DNA from: Sedimentisphaerales bacterium | GTDB taxonomy: Bacteria; Planctomycetota; Phycisphaerae; Sedimentisphaerales; Anaerobacaceae | DNA: 64,000 bases | Reading direction: 5' to 3' | Assembly: GCA_040772485.1 (NCBI GenBank) | Contig: JAXGYC010000007.1 | Span: 384,001 to 448,000 of the forward strand | Shown here: positions 1 through 8,418 of the stretch, one piece after another | Position numbering within the stretch: the first letter of the stretch is position 1 | Layout: each line of letters starts with the position of its first letter | The notes under the pieces: model-generated | Databases searched by the model: none | Told to the model about the DNA's origin: nothing | What the model saw: the letters and a program-made list of their open reading frames with translations, nothing else | Position numbers and translations under genes: made by a program

Positions 1-1566
1 GAAAAAGGCCCGCAGCGTCGTGCCGGAGTAGCGATCGGTGCCCCTCAGCAGGATGTAGTAGGTTCCGGAGTTGGGATTATCGACTGTGACGGTTTCATTG
101 TTGCCAATCAGATAGGGACGATAGTCCCATTCCCTGGTCGTCGGCTTGGCATTTCTGCGCACATACAGATCGACGTCACCGGTACCGCCCGAGGTGGAGA
201 TCTGGAGTTTGGTCAGTCCGGTGGGAACCTCGATCCGGTAGCACGTCTCGCTGCCTGCAGTGCCGGACAGCCCACCGACGGAGACGCCATTGACCAGGGG
301 AATCACCTTTTCGTCAGGTTCGTCATCCGACAGACTCGCGGTCAACGCTTCGGCCGTCGCGCCCGCCGTCAGGCGAAGGACGGCGCAGTTGGTGTAATCC
401 ACCAGCCTGGGGGGGGTCGTCACACTGACGGAGACGGTCTTCGAATCGCTCAGGCCTGCTCCGTCGACCACCGTAATCGTTCCCGAGCGGACCTCGCCGC
501 AGTCGATCAGGGTGCCATACTGACCGACCAGCTCCAGCTTGATCCAGTACTCGGCGCTCGACCAGTTTCCCGCGTTCCCGCTGGACAGGTCCAGGCTGAC
601 GGTGAAATTCGCGGTGATGGTCGCTTGGGGGTCTGTATAATAATCCAACGTCGTCCAGACCATCTCATGCGTGGCCGAGATACTTGCCTCCTTTCCGCCG
701 ACTGGCCCTTCGGCGGCGATGTCGGGCCACAGCCCGGTGTCGATGCTCGGATCCATCGGATAATAGTGTGAAACGTATCCATCGATGATCAAATCGCCGC
801 TGCCGGCGATGGTGATGGCGGAGTGGGCCGGCTCTCCGCTCGAAGGCTGTGCAGCCAATCCGAGAAGCGTCACGTCTGCATAGGCGTCGTAGCCTTTGAG
901 CATGATATACCAGGTTCCGGCGCCGGGGTTGTTGACAACCACGGATTCGCGATTGCCCACCAAGAACGGCCGATAGTCGTAGACATCCGTCGTCGGCATC
1001 GCGTCCTTCCTGACGTAGAGATCGCAGTCGCCAGTCCCTCCGGAGATGCTGATCTGGAGTTGGGATCGATTGGCGGGAACCACAAACTGATAGAACTGCT
1101 CGCTGCCGACTGCTCCGGAAAGGCCCGTCATGGGGGCACCGTTCGTCAGGACCGTCGCAACCGCGCCACAGGAGTACGTGGATTTCAAGGTCAGGCCCGA
1201 GTAATGAGTGAAGCCGCGAAGCATGATATGCCAGGTTCCTGCCTGCGGACTCGCAACAGCCACACTTTCTTCGTTGCCAATCTTGTAGGGCCGATGATCA
1301 TAGGCGGTTGTCGTGGGCTTGGCTTCTCTACGCACGTAGAGATCGCAATCGCCGGAGCCGCCCGAGATGCCGATGACAAGGTCGAGTTGTCCCTCAGGAA
1401 CCACGATCGTGTAAAACTGCTCACTCCCGGCAGCTCCGGAAATGTCGACAACCGGGATGCCGTTCTCCAGTTCCACGGTGCCTGCGAAAGTCACTGAAGC
1501 CAGCAAACAAACGGCCGCCCCAAGGACCATGGCGCCTCTCCGGCACGATCCACTCCACCCCTTCAT
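1..1566 (-). CDS. Secreted protein with at least 3 PPC (pre-peptidase C-terminal) domains; truncated by left window edge
   Basis: Not in the ORF track. Translated by hand as an open frame from ATG 1566 to base 1. Signal-peptide-like N-terminus (MVLGAAVCLLASVTFA). Three repeats of LxNGxPV-SGxxGSE-ISGGxGDxDLYVR-PTT-YDYRPY-GNxExV-PxxGTWYIML at about 1480-1175, 1155-860 and 303-1. Confidence 0.85.
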   Translation of the reverse strand, partial: MKGWSGSCRRGAMVLGAAVCLLASVTFAGTVELENGIPVVDISGAAGSEQFYTIVVPEGQLDLVIGISGGSGDCDLYVRREAKPTTTAYDHRPYKIGNEESVAVASPQAGTWHIMLRGFTHYSGLTLKSTYSCGAVATVLTNGAPMTGLSGAVGSEQFYQFVVPANRSQLQISISGGTGDCDLYVRKDAMPTTDVYDYRPFLVGNRESVVVNNPGAGTWYIMLKGYDAYADVTLLGLAAQPSSGEPAHSAITIAGSGDLIIDGYVSHYYPMDPSIDTGLWPDIAAEGPVGGKEASISATHEMVWTTLDYYTDPQATITANFTVSLDLSSGNAGNWSSAEYWIKLELVGQYGTLIDCGEVRSGTITVVDGAGLSDSKTVSVSVTTPPRLVDYTNCAVLRLTAGATAEALTASLSDDEPDEKVIPLVNGVSVGGLSGTAGSETCYRIEVPTGLTKLQISTSGGTGDVDLYVRRNAKPTTREWDYRPYLIGNNETVTVDNPNSGTYYILLRGTDRYSGTTLRAFF

Positions 1567-1992
1567 CCCGACCCCTCTCTAAGCTCGAAAACCTCCGCCC
1601 CATCCCGTCCCTGGGCTCCAGGCAGATCGCCAATCTGCGAGGTCGTCCGATCCCCGCTGTAGTCAAACCTCATCGCGTGTCGTTACGCAGCCCCCGTGTC
1701 AATCGAGCCACCCTGTGTTCCGTATTCCTCCCCCCTGCTGCGGGACAACCGCACTGCAGCATCACCAACCTTCCTATTTTACCATGTTGTCGAACGGAAC
1801 ACCAGAGAATTTTTCATTTGCGTCAGGACATGCCCGGAGTGGCTGGTCCTTCGGCCTGCCGCAGAGGTCCGCAAAGACCGGTCTTGGCTCGGGGAAAACC
1901 AAAGAACCGCCCTATGGCACCTCAAGCCGAGGCGGGCGGTCAGCCTGGGACCACATGGAGATAGAACCGGACCTCTGGTCTTCGGGAAGGAC

Positions 1993-2301
1993 TCATGATC
2001 CGGCCGGCCGGCGTTTGGAACGGGCGGAAGCGGAGGGCCTCCGCGATCTCTTCCTGGTCTTGTTCAGCTTCAGTGCGAACTTGGTTTCTTCGCCGGTTTC
2101 CTCGTTGATCACGGCGAATTGCCCGGAGTCGTCTCGCTGCATCTGATCGTTGGCATTCAGCAGCTCGATTCCGTAAACCGTTCCATCGGGCGCCAGGTCG
2201 ATCACCAGTTCCTCACTGAGTTTGATGGACTCGGCATCGGTCTTCTTGTTCTTGAAGCGGATATAGCCGACGTTGTAGCGGGGATCGTACGTAAACTTCA
2301 T
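1993..2301 (-). CDS. DUF2283-family protein (putative antitoxin)
   Basis: MKFTYDPRYNVGYIRF...VIDLAPDGTVYGIELLNA matches the YD..D..YI...D...DG...GIEI pattern of DUF2283; lies directly downstream of the DUF4258-like gene. Confidence 0.8.
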   Translation of the reverse strand: MKFTYDPRYNVGYIRFKNKKTDAESIKLSEELVIDLAPDGTVYGIELLNANDQMQRDDSGQFAVINEETGEETKFALKLNKTRKRSRRPSASARSKRRPAGS

Positions 2302-2323
2302 GCCGCCAGACCTTTCCAATCCA

Positions 2324-2575
2324 TCAGAAGTACCTCGTAACCACCGAAATCACCAACCAGCCGTCGTAGCGACGAATCGCATAAGCTTCGACCTGCTTGG
2401 TCTTGTACTGTTTTCCACGCCAGCGCCTCTTGAAAGGCACATTGCGACGAAAACCGACCCGGCCAAACTTGGCGTCAAACCGCTCACCAGCTTCGACCGC
2501 CAGTTTCACCTCTTCCTCGGTGGCGCCACGCTCGGCCAAACGGTCACGGGCATGGGGATGTAGATTGACCGTCAT
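2324..2575 (-). CDS. DUF4258-family protein (putative RelE-like toxin)
   Basis: 83 aa; HARDRLAERGATEEEV N-terminus and VISVVTRY C-terminus typical of DUF4258. Confidence 0.75.
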   Translation of the reverse strand: MTVNLHPHARDRLAERGATEEEVKLAVEAGERFDAKFGRVGFRRNVPFKRRWRGKQYKTKQVEAYAIRRYDGWLVISVVTRYF

Positions 2576-2687
2576 AACGGAGACATCCTGCCGGACGCAA
2601 CCAAGGCATGCACCTGGAACTCGGTGGTGCCGATAATGTCAGTATAGCGAAACTGGGAATCGATCGCTACTGTTTTCTTCATGGATT

Positions 2688-3320
2688 CTACGTCAGAAAC
2701 GGGTTCGAGGCCTTTTCGCGGCCAATGGTCGTCCTCATGCCGTGTCCAGGGTAGACTGCCGTCCGCTCGGGCAGAACCAAAAGCTTCGTTCGGATGCTGT
2801 CGAGCAACTGATCCCAATCTCCGCCTGGGAAGTCGGTCCGCCCGACCCCGTCGGCGAAGAGCGTATCCCCGGCAAAAACAACGGCTTCTGTCCCGGCGTA
2901 GAGACAGATCCCTCCAGGGGTATGGCCCGGCGTGTGCAGCACCTTCAGAACGATGCCTGCCTCTTCGACCGTGTCGCCATCCTCCAGCAGCACCTCGGCC
3001 GGAGCAGCCTCAAACGGCAGCATGGCCATTTCGGAGAGGTTGGCCTGCGAGTCGGTCAGCATGGGGCCGTCCAGCTTGTGGATGTAGACCCTGAGCCCAG
3101 GGAACTTCGACCGCAAGGCCGCCAGACCCGCGATGTGATCGACGTGTCCGTGCGTCAGGATCACAGCCCTGGGCGTCAGATCGTGCTGGGCGAGAAACGC
3201 GAGCATGTCGCGACTGTCGAGCCCCGTGTCGATCACGAGACATTCCCGGGCCGACTCATCCGTGCGGACCACGTAGCAATTGGTCTGGAAATCGCCGAGA
3301 ATCAGCCGATCGATCTTCAT
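2688..3320 (-). CDS. MBL-fold metallo-hydrolase (glyoxalase II/YcbL-like)
   Basis: THGHVDH, HTPGHTPG, GDTLF and YPGHG motifs. Confidence 0.93.
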   Translation of the reverse strand: MKIDRLILGDFQTNCYVVRTDESARECLVIDTGLDSRDMLAFLAQHDLTPRAVILTHGHVDHIAGLAALRSKFPGLRVYIHKLDGPMLTDSQANLSEMAMLPFEAAPAEVLLEDGDTVEEAGIVLKVLHTPGHTPGGICLYAGTEAVVFAGDTLFADGVGRTDFPGGDWDQLLDSIRTKLLVLPERTAVYPGHGMRTTIGREKASNPFLT

Positions 3321-3344
3321 TCGTCCCCAGTCAGTGAATACGGC

Positions 3345-4496
3345 TTAGCCGGCGTTGGGATCGGCTGATTGGGCCGGGGCAGGCTCGGCAACCGGCGGGC
3401 TGCTCTCGGCGGGCGTCACAGCCTCCGCCGGCTTCTCTGGCGCCGGTTTCGCCTTGTCCTCCATCAGGTCCGCCTGCCGCTTGGTCAGGTAGTTGGCCTT
3501 CCATTCGGGAATCTGATAGACCCAACCCTTGTGCCGCAGTGTGAACCGCTGGGCCCGCTCCTGGGCCTGGAGTTTCGCCTCCTTCTTTTTGAGCTCCTCC
3601 TGCGACTCAACCTGGCCCGGCTTCATAGTGACCGGCGTCTTGTCCGTGAACTCCGCCTCACACGTCAGATAGGCCTTGCCGTCCTTTCGAGCGATCTGGA
3701 GGCGATACTCGGTGGAGTCATCCAGGCGGCAGACATACCGGTAATCGTAGCTCAGCTCGCCGACCGCCGAAGGGGTGTTCACGTCGTCAAACCGCAGGCT
3801 GTTGAGCCCTCCGAAAACGCTCTTGGCATCGCTGTCCTTGAGTTTCTTGTCCGCGGGCAAATCAGCCATGACGACGGCGTCGCCTTCGGCGCTCCTGAGG
3901 GTATACGAACCGTCCGGCGTGGTCACCGTGACCGAGTTGACGTCTTCCCGCTCCACCGAGGCAATCTCCTGATTGACGTAATCGATCGCCGTCGTGCGGA
4001 TGTAGGGAGCGCTCTCGGCCAGATACACCGTGTCCTGAGACGCCAGCCGGACGTAGGTGTTCTGCCCGCCTTCCAGGGCCTTGCCGATGATGACCCCGGT
4101 CAGAACAGCCCCGTCGCCCTTGAGGAACCTGACCACACTCTGCGCCTTCTCCTCGGTGACCTCAAGATCCTCATGGTTCTTCGGGTTACTGGTGTACGAT
4201 TCGAGGGTCTTGATGTCGAGGCACTTGGTAATCAAGTCGTTGATTCGCTTCGGGTCGGCGGGATAGTCGGCCTCGTTGACCACGCGGAACTGCTGTTCCC
4301 GCCTCTGAATCGTCACGGCACTGTCACCATGACCGACAACGATACTGTCGATCTCAGACGGGTCCAGCCCCTGGATCAGGTAGGACGGCCCCGAAGGTTC
4401 GACCGTCGAGCGACTCGACAGACGAGACTGAACGACGGCCCACGACACCATGATCGCGGCCACAATGGCCAGTATGCCAAGATTCCTGTTGCTCAT
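3345..4496 (-). CDS. DUF4340 domain protein
   Basis: Single N-terminal TM; YPADPKRI...LEV...IIGK...TYVR pattern; last gene of a GldAFG-like cluster; start moved to MSNRN. Confidence 0.75.
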   Translation of the reverse strand: MSNRNLGILAIVAAIMVSWAVVQSRLSSRSTVEPSGPSYLIQGLDPSEIDSIVVGHGDSAVTIQRREQQFRVVNEADYPADPKRINDLITKCLDIKTLESYTSNPKNHEDLEVTEEKAQSVVRFLKGDGAVLTGVIIGKALEGGQNTYVRLASQDTVYLAESAPYIRTTAIDYVNQEIASVEREDVNSVTVTTPDGSYTLRSAEGDAVVMADLPADKKLKDSDAKSVFGGLNSLRFDDVNTPSAVGELSYDYRYVCRLDDSTEYRLQIARKDGKAYLTCEAEFTDKTPVTMKPGQVESQEELKKKEAKLQAQERAQRFTLRHKGWVYQIPEWKANYLTKRQADLMEDKAKPAPEKPAEAVTPAESSPPVAEPAPAQSADPNAG

Positions 4497-4560
4497 CTTA
4501 CAAGATCCCTTTATCGACGATTGACGATCGTTCAGGACCGATCCGCAATTCCCATCCGCG

Positions 4561-6588
4561 TTATGCATCACTCGCATGGCTGATGTAGTGCCGCCTGCGT
4601 ACGCTGCGCCAGATGCCCAGAACCAGCGCGATCAGCATGACCACTCCCGGCACGAGGCCCATGTTGAAACGACGCAGCACGTTGCCCAACTGCTCGATGC
4701 GCTCGCGACGTCGCGCGTTGACCTCGCGAAGCTGACGCTGGGCCTCGCGAATCTTCAACTCCAACTGCCTCTTCTTCTCGAGAAGCGAGCTGCCGATCAC
4801 CTCTTCCTGCGCGGCCTGACCGGAGTTGACGAGATCCTCCAGCTCCTTGTTGAACCCCTCGATCTGGGCGTTGATCAACGCGACCTCGTCGGCGGTCTCC
4901 TTCTCGGCCTGCTGCTCGATCTGGTCGACGACGGCGAACGGCCGTTTGTAATTGCCCCGCGACCGGATCGAAATCAGATCGCCGGACCCGCTCAGGTCCT
5001 CGATCGTGTTGATCAGCAGGGCGCTGTTGTCACCGACGACCATCTTGCCGAACAGCGATTGGGCGTAGGCCATCTGGTCGCTGAGAAAATCCACGTCGCT
5101 GAACACGGCCACCGCGCAGTCCGCAGTCGCCTCCTTCAGCCCGGTGATCTGCCTGGCGATCATCTTCGGCTCGTTCGGATCATCCTCGTCGTCCTCGTCC
5201 GCATCGTTGGCATCCGCCGCAGGCACCTCGATCTCGATGCCATCCGGGAAGCTGCTCTGGAAGCGTCCGGTGACCAGGTAGCCCATCGGAACGGGCTTGT
5301 TTCCCTCAATGAACTTGGCCATGAGCTTGTCCGGATCGGGGAACATCAGCTCGAACGAACTGCCGACGCTCCAACTGTTGCCCTTGTCCGTCGTCATGAT
5401 CAGGGGCGTGCGCGTGATTTGCGGCTCGTTCGCCGCAGCGACCTGATTAGGGTCGTCGCCGCCACCAGCCTGGTCGGCAGGCGCAATCTCCTGGAGCACA
5501 CCGGCAAACAGCACCCTGACTTCGTTGAGATCGGCGGTGATGACCTTCTCTTTGCTGAAGCATGGCGTCGTGAGCCCGAGGAAACCCATGATGGGCTGGG
5601 GACGCTGATTGGCGGCCAGAGGCGCCTCCAGCACAAGCGAGCGGTCGCCGGCAAAGGTGTTGGCCGGCATTTGAAGCCCCCACGTCCGCATCAGACGGTC
5701 GAGGTCCGAACTCTGCTTCTCCGCGGTCATCTGCATGGGGTTTCGCTGCGGCCGGTCCGCAATGCAGTGCGGATCGACGCACAGAATCGCCCGTCCGCCC
5801 TTCAGGATGAACTGGTCGATGGCAAACTGCGTCTTCTCCGGCAGGTCCTTGGGGTGGATCACCAGGAGGATATCGACGTCGTTGATGTCGTTCACGTCGG
5901 TCGCGACCTCGGTCACCTCGTACTTCTGCCGAAGCTGTTCCACAATCGTCCAGGCAGGCTTGGGCTGCTGGCCCTGCATCCGCATCATCTGGGCCATGTA
6001 GCCCGTGACGTCGTCGCCCATCACCCCCAGCGAGCTCATGATCCCCACCCGCTTCTTCTGCCGGGTGATCGCGGTATCGATCAGATAGCTGATGTCATAC
6101 TCGACAAAGTTCTGACGATCGGGCGAGAAGAACGGCACGGTCTTTTCCACACCGAACTGCGTCTGCACCGCCAGCCCGAAGAAGAAACTCTCCTCTTCGG
6201 TGATGGGGAACCGCCTCAGGCCCAGCCGCAGCGCCTGTTCTTCGTCTTCCGAGAACGGCCTCGGATCGATCACCTCCAACTGGACCATGCCCTTCGACGC
6301 GGCCACGTACTCTTCCAGCAGCGCCCGCACGAACTCATAGTAGTTGTCGAAGTAGCGAATCTGATCGGGCCCCTTCATGGCCGCCGTCTTGGCGTAGAAG
6401 AGCCTGACTTTGATCGGCTGATTGAGCCGGCCCAGAATCGCCTTGGTCCCGTCCGAGAGCGTATAGAGCTGCTGATCGGTGACGTCCACTTTCCACCGCC
6501 GTCCCAAATCCTGGCAGATGCTGATTCCGCTGAAGGCAATGACCAGGACCAGGACGGCCCCCACGATCGCGCGAATGGTCCGATTCAT
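4561..6588 (-). CDS. GldG-like ABC transporter auxiliary component
   Basis: N-terminal TM, DVTDQQLYTLS motif, IDQFILKGG, C-terminal coiled coil and TM. Confidence 0.88.
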   Translation of the reverse strand: MNRTIRAIVGAVLVLVIAFSGISICQDLGRRWKVDVTDQQLYTLSDGTKAILGRLNQPIKVRLFYAKTAAMKGPDQIRYFDNYYEFVRALLEEYVAASKGMVQLEVIDPRPFSEDEEQALRLGLRRFPITEEESFFFGLAVQTQFGVEKTVPFFSPDRQNFVEYDISYLIDTAITRQKKRVGIMSSLGVMGDDVTGYMAQMMRMQGQQPKPAWTIVEQLRQKYEVTEVATDVNDINDVDILLVIHPKDLPEKTQFAIDQFILKGGRAILCVDPHCIADRPQRNPMQMTAEKQSSDLDRLMRTWGLQMPANTFAGDRSLVLEAPLAANQRPQPIMGFLGLTTPCFSKEKVITADLNEVRVLFAGVLQEIAPADQAGGGDDPNQVAAANEPQITRTPLIMTTDKGNSWSVGSSFELMFPDPDKLMAKFIEGNKPVPMGYLVTGRFQSSFPDGIEIEVPAADANDADEDDEDDPNEPKMIARQITGLKEATADCAVAVFSDVDFLSDQMAYAQSLFGKMVVGDNSALLINTIEDLSGSGDLISIRSRGNYKRPFAVVDQIEQQAEKETADEVALINAQIEGFNKELEDLVNSGQAAQEEVIGSSLLEKKRQLELKIREAQRQLREVNARRRERIEQLGNVLRRFNMGLVPGVVMLIALVLGIWRSVRRRHYISHASDA

Positions 6589-7320
6589 TTAGCTGGCCTT
6601 CCTTTCATCCAAAACGACCGCACAGGCCGCCACCCATCCCACAATCAGCAGGATGAAATAGGCAATATCCTGGAATTGCAGGATGCCCCGCTGCATCGAG
6701 TCAAAGTGCACCTGAAAGCTCATTCCTTTGACTGCCGAGACCATGCCGGGCGGCAGAAACGTCGAGACGTAGTTCAGCGTCGTCGGCATACCCGCGAACA
6801 CCAGGACCGCACAGGCTACCACGCTGAGCACGAAGGCGATCACCTGGTTCTTGCTCAGCGCCGAGAAGAAGCAGCCGATGGCCAGAAAACCCCCCGCCAT
6901 CAGGAACGCGCCGAGATAACCTGTCACGATCAATCCGATATCGGGATCGCCCAGATAGCAGACGGTTACAACCAGAGGGAAGGTCAGCGCCAGCGCGATC
7001 CCCAGGAACAGCCAAGCGGCGAAGAACTTCGCCAGCACCGCTTGCCCGATCGTAACCGGCAGCGTGAACAGCAATTCGACCGATCCCACCTTGCGTTCCT
7101 CGGCCCAGAGCCGCATGGCGGTCGACGGAACCATGAACACGAACAGCAGCGGGAGGTTCGTGAAGAACGGCTTCAGGTCGGCCTGGCGGGCCTCGTAGAA
7201 TCCTTCCTTGAAGGTCAGATACCCCGCGAAGAACAGAAAGATGACGAGAAAGACGTAGGCGAGAGGCGTAGTGAAGTAGCTCTTCAGCTCCCTCTTGAAT
7301 ACCGCCCAGAAACTGTTCAT
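6589..7320 (-). CDS. ABC-2 permease (GldF-like)
   Basis: RELKSYFTTPLAY and MRLWAEERKVGSVELLFTLP motifs; six hydrophobic segments. Confidence 0.92.
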   Translation of the reverse strand: MNSFWAVFKRELKSYFTTPLAYVFLVIFLFFAGYLTFKEGFYEARQADLKPFFTNLPLLFVFMVPSTAMRLWAEERKVGSVELLFTLPVTIGQAVLAKFFAAWLFLGIALALTFPLVVTVCYLGDPDIGLIVTGYLGAFLMAGGFLAIGCFFSALSKNQVIAFVLSVVACAVLVFAGMPTTLNYVSTFLPPGMVSAVKGMSFQVHFDSMQRGILQFQDIAYFILLIVGWVAACAVVLDERKAS

Positions 7321-7383
7321 GTGGCACTCCAGTTCCAAGTGATTACTGATCCATGACTATTGGCAGCCGTCCCTCATTCACCG

Positions 7384-8112
7384 TCAGACCGTCACGAGGG
7401 CCCTGGTGCTGGTGATCTTGCGGAAAACCTCGTCGAGACTGGCGTGATGCTTCTCCTTCAGCTCCTTGGGCGTCGAGTCCACGAGGATCTTGCCTCGCGC
7501 GACGATGATCGCGCGGGAGCAGACGGCATCGACCTCTTCGAGAATGTGCGTCGAGACGATGATGCACTTGTCCTTGGCCATGGCGACGATCAGCTTGCGC
7601 ACCTCGTGCTTCTGATTGGGATCGAGGCCGTCGGTCGGCTCATCGAGGATCAACACGTCGGGATCGTGAATCAGCGCCTGGGCCAGTCCCACGCGCCGTT
7701 TGTAACCCTTGGACAGCGTCTCGATGGTTTGATGGTACACCGACTCGATCGAGCACATGGGGACGATGCGGTCGAGCGCCGCCTTGCGCCGGCGCCCCTT
7801 GATCTGCCGGACGTCACAAATGAACTTCAGGAAGCCCCCCACCGTCATCTCCGGATAGGCCGGAGAGTTCTCGGCCAGATACCCCAATGACCGCCGCGCC
7901 CCGACCGGATCGGCCAGGATGTCGTGCCCGCAGACACTGGCGGTGCCGCCATCGGGGCGGATGTAACAGGTCAGCATGCGCATCGTGGTGGTCTTGCCCG
8001 CTCCATTGGGACCGAGCAGACCGACCACCTGCCCCTTCGCGGCGCGGAACGAGATCCCGTCCACGGCCACCACCGGCCCGAAACGCCGCCGAAGTTCTTT
8101 GGCTTCTATCAT
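7384..8112 (-). CDS. ABC transporter ATP-binding protein (GldA-like)
   Basis: Walker A GPNGAGKTT, signature LSKGY, Walker B LILDEP; GGAG RBS before ATG 8112. Confidence 0.95.
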   Translation of the reverse strand: MIEAKELRRRFGPVVAVDGISFRAAKGQVVGLLGPNGAGKTTTMRMLTCYIRPDGGTASVCGHDILADPVGARRSLGYLAENSPAYPEMTVGGFLKFICDVRQIKGRRRKAALDRIVPMCSIESVYHQTIETLSKGYKRRVGLAQALIHDPDVLILDEPTDGLDPNQKHEVRKLIVAMAKDKCIIVSTHILEEVDAVCSRAIIVARGKILVDSTPKELKEKHHASLDEVFRKITSTRALVTV

Positions 8113-8333
8113 GTCTGTCTCCAAAACTCAGGCATCGATTCCGCCCTCGGGGAGTAGGGCTCCCCTTAGAAACAAAACCTATAGGTTGACGAAAAACCTC
8201 CTGGCCGTCAAGACCTGCACAGCGAATATTTTCATAGCGGGCGAGCCCTGCGGACCTGCGTCGGGGGCCAGGCCCCTCGACGACAAAGTGCGCCATACGA
8301 CATCACGGCGAATTTGTTCGGGGCGCGAACTCC

Positions 8334-8389
8334 AAGAAGAAAACGGGCGGCGCCGACAGGCATCCGCCCATCGACACCACCCGTTTTCC
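8334..8389 (-). terminator. Intrinsic terminator after gene 8419-11250
   Basis: Minus strand GAAAACGGGTGGTGTCGATGGGC-GGAT-GCCTGTCGGCGCCGCCCGTTTTC-TTCTT: 23-bp stem whose non-WC pairs are G-U only on this strand, ending in a U-rich tail. Confidence 0.75.
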
Positions 8390-8418
8390 AAGAGACCCGT
8401 TACGGCAAAATCAGGACG

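Noticed and set aside
409..416. G8 homopolymer in the PPC gene as a phase-variation tract
   Set aside because: Frame is intact (encodes T-P-P) and a run of 8 is unremarkable at this GC content
8176..8211. Palindromes AACCTATAGGTT and TTGACG-N14-CGTCAA upstream of the GldA-like gene
   Set aside because: Short arms and no second instance; cannot be distinguished from chance
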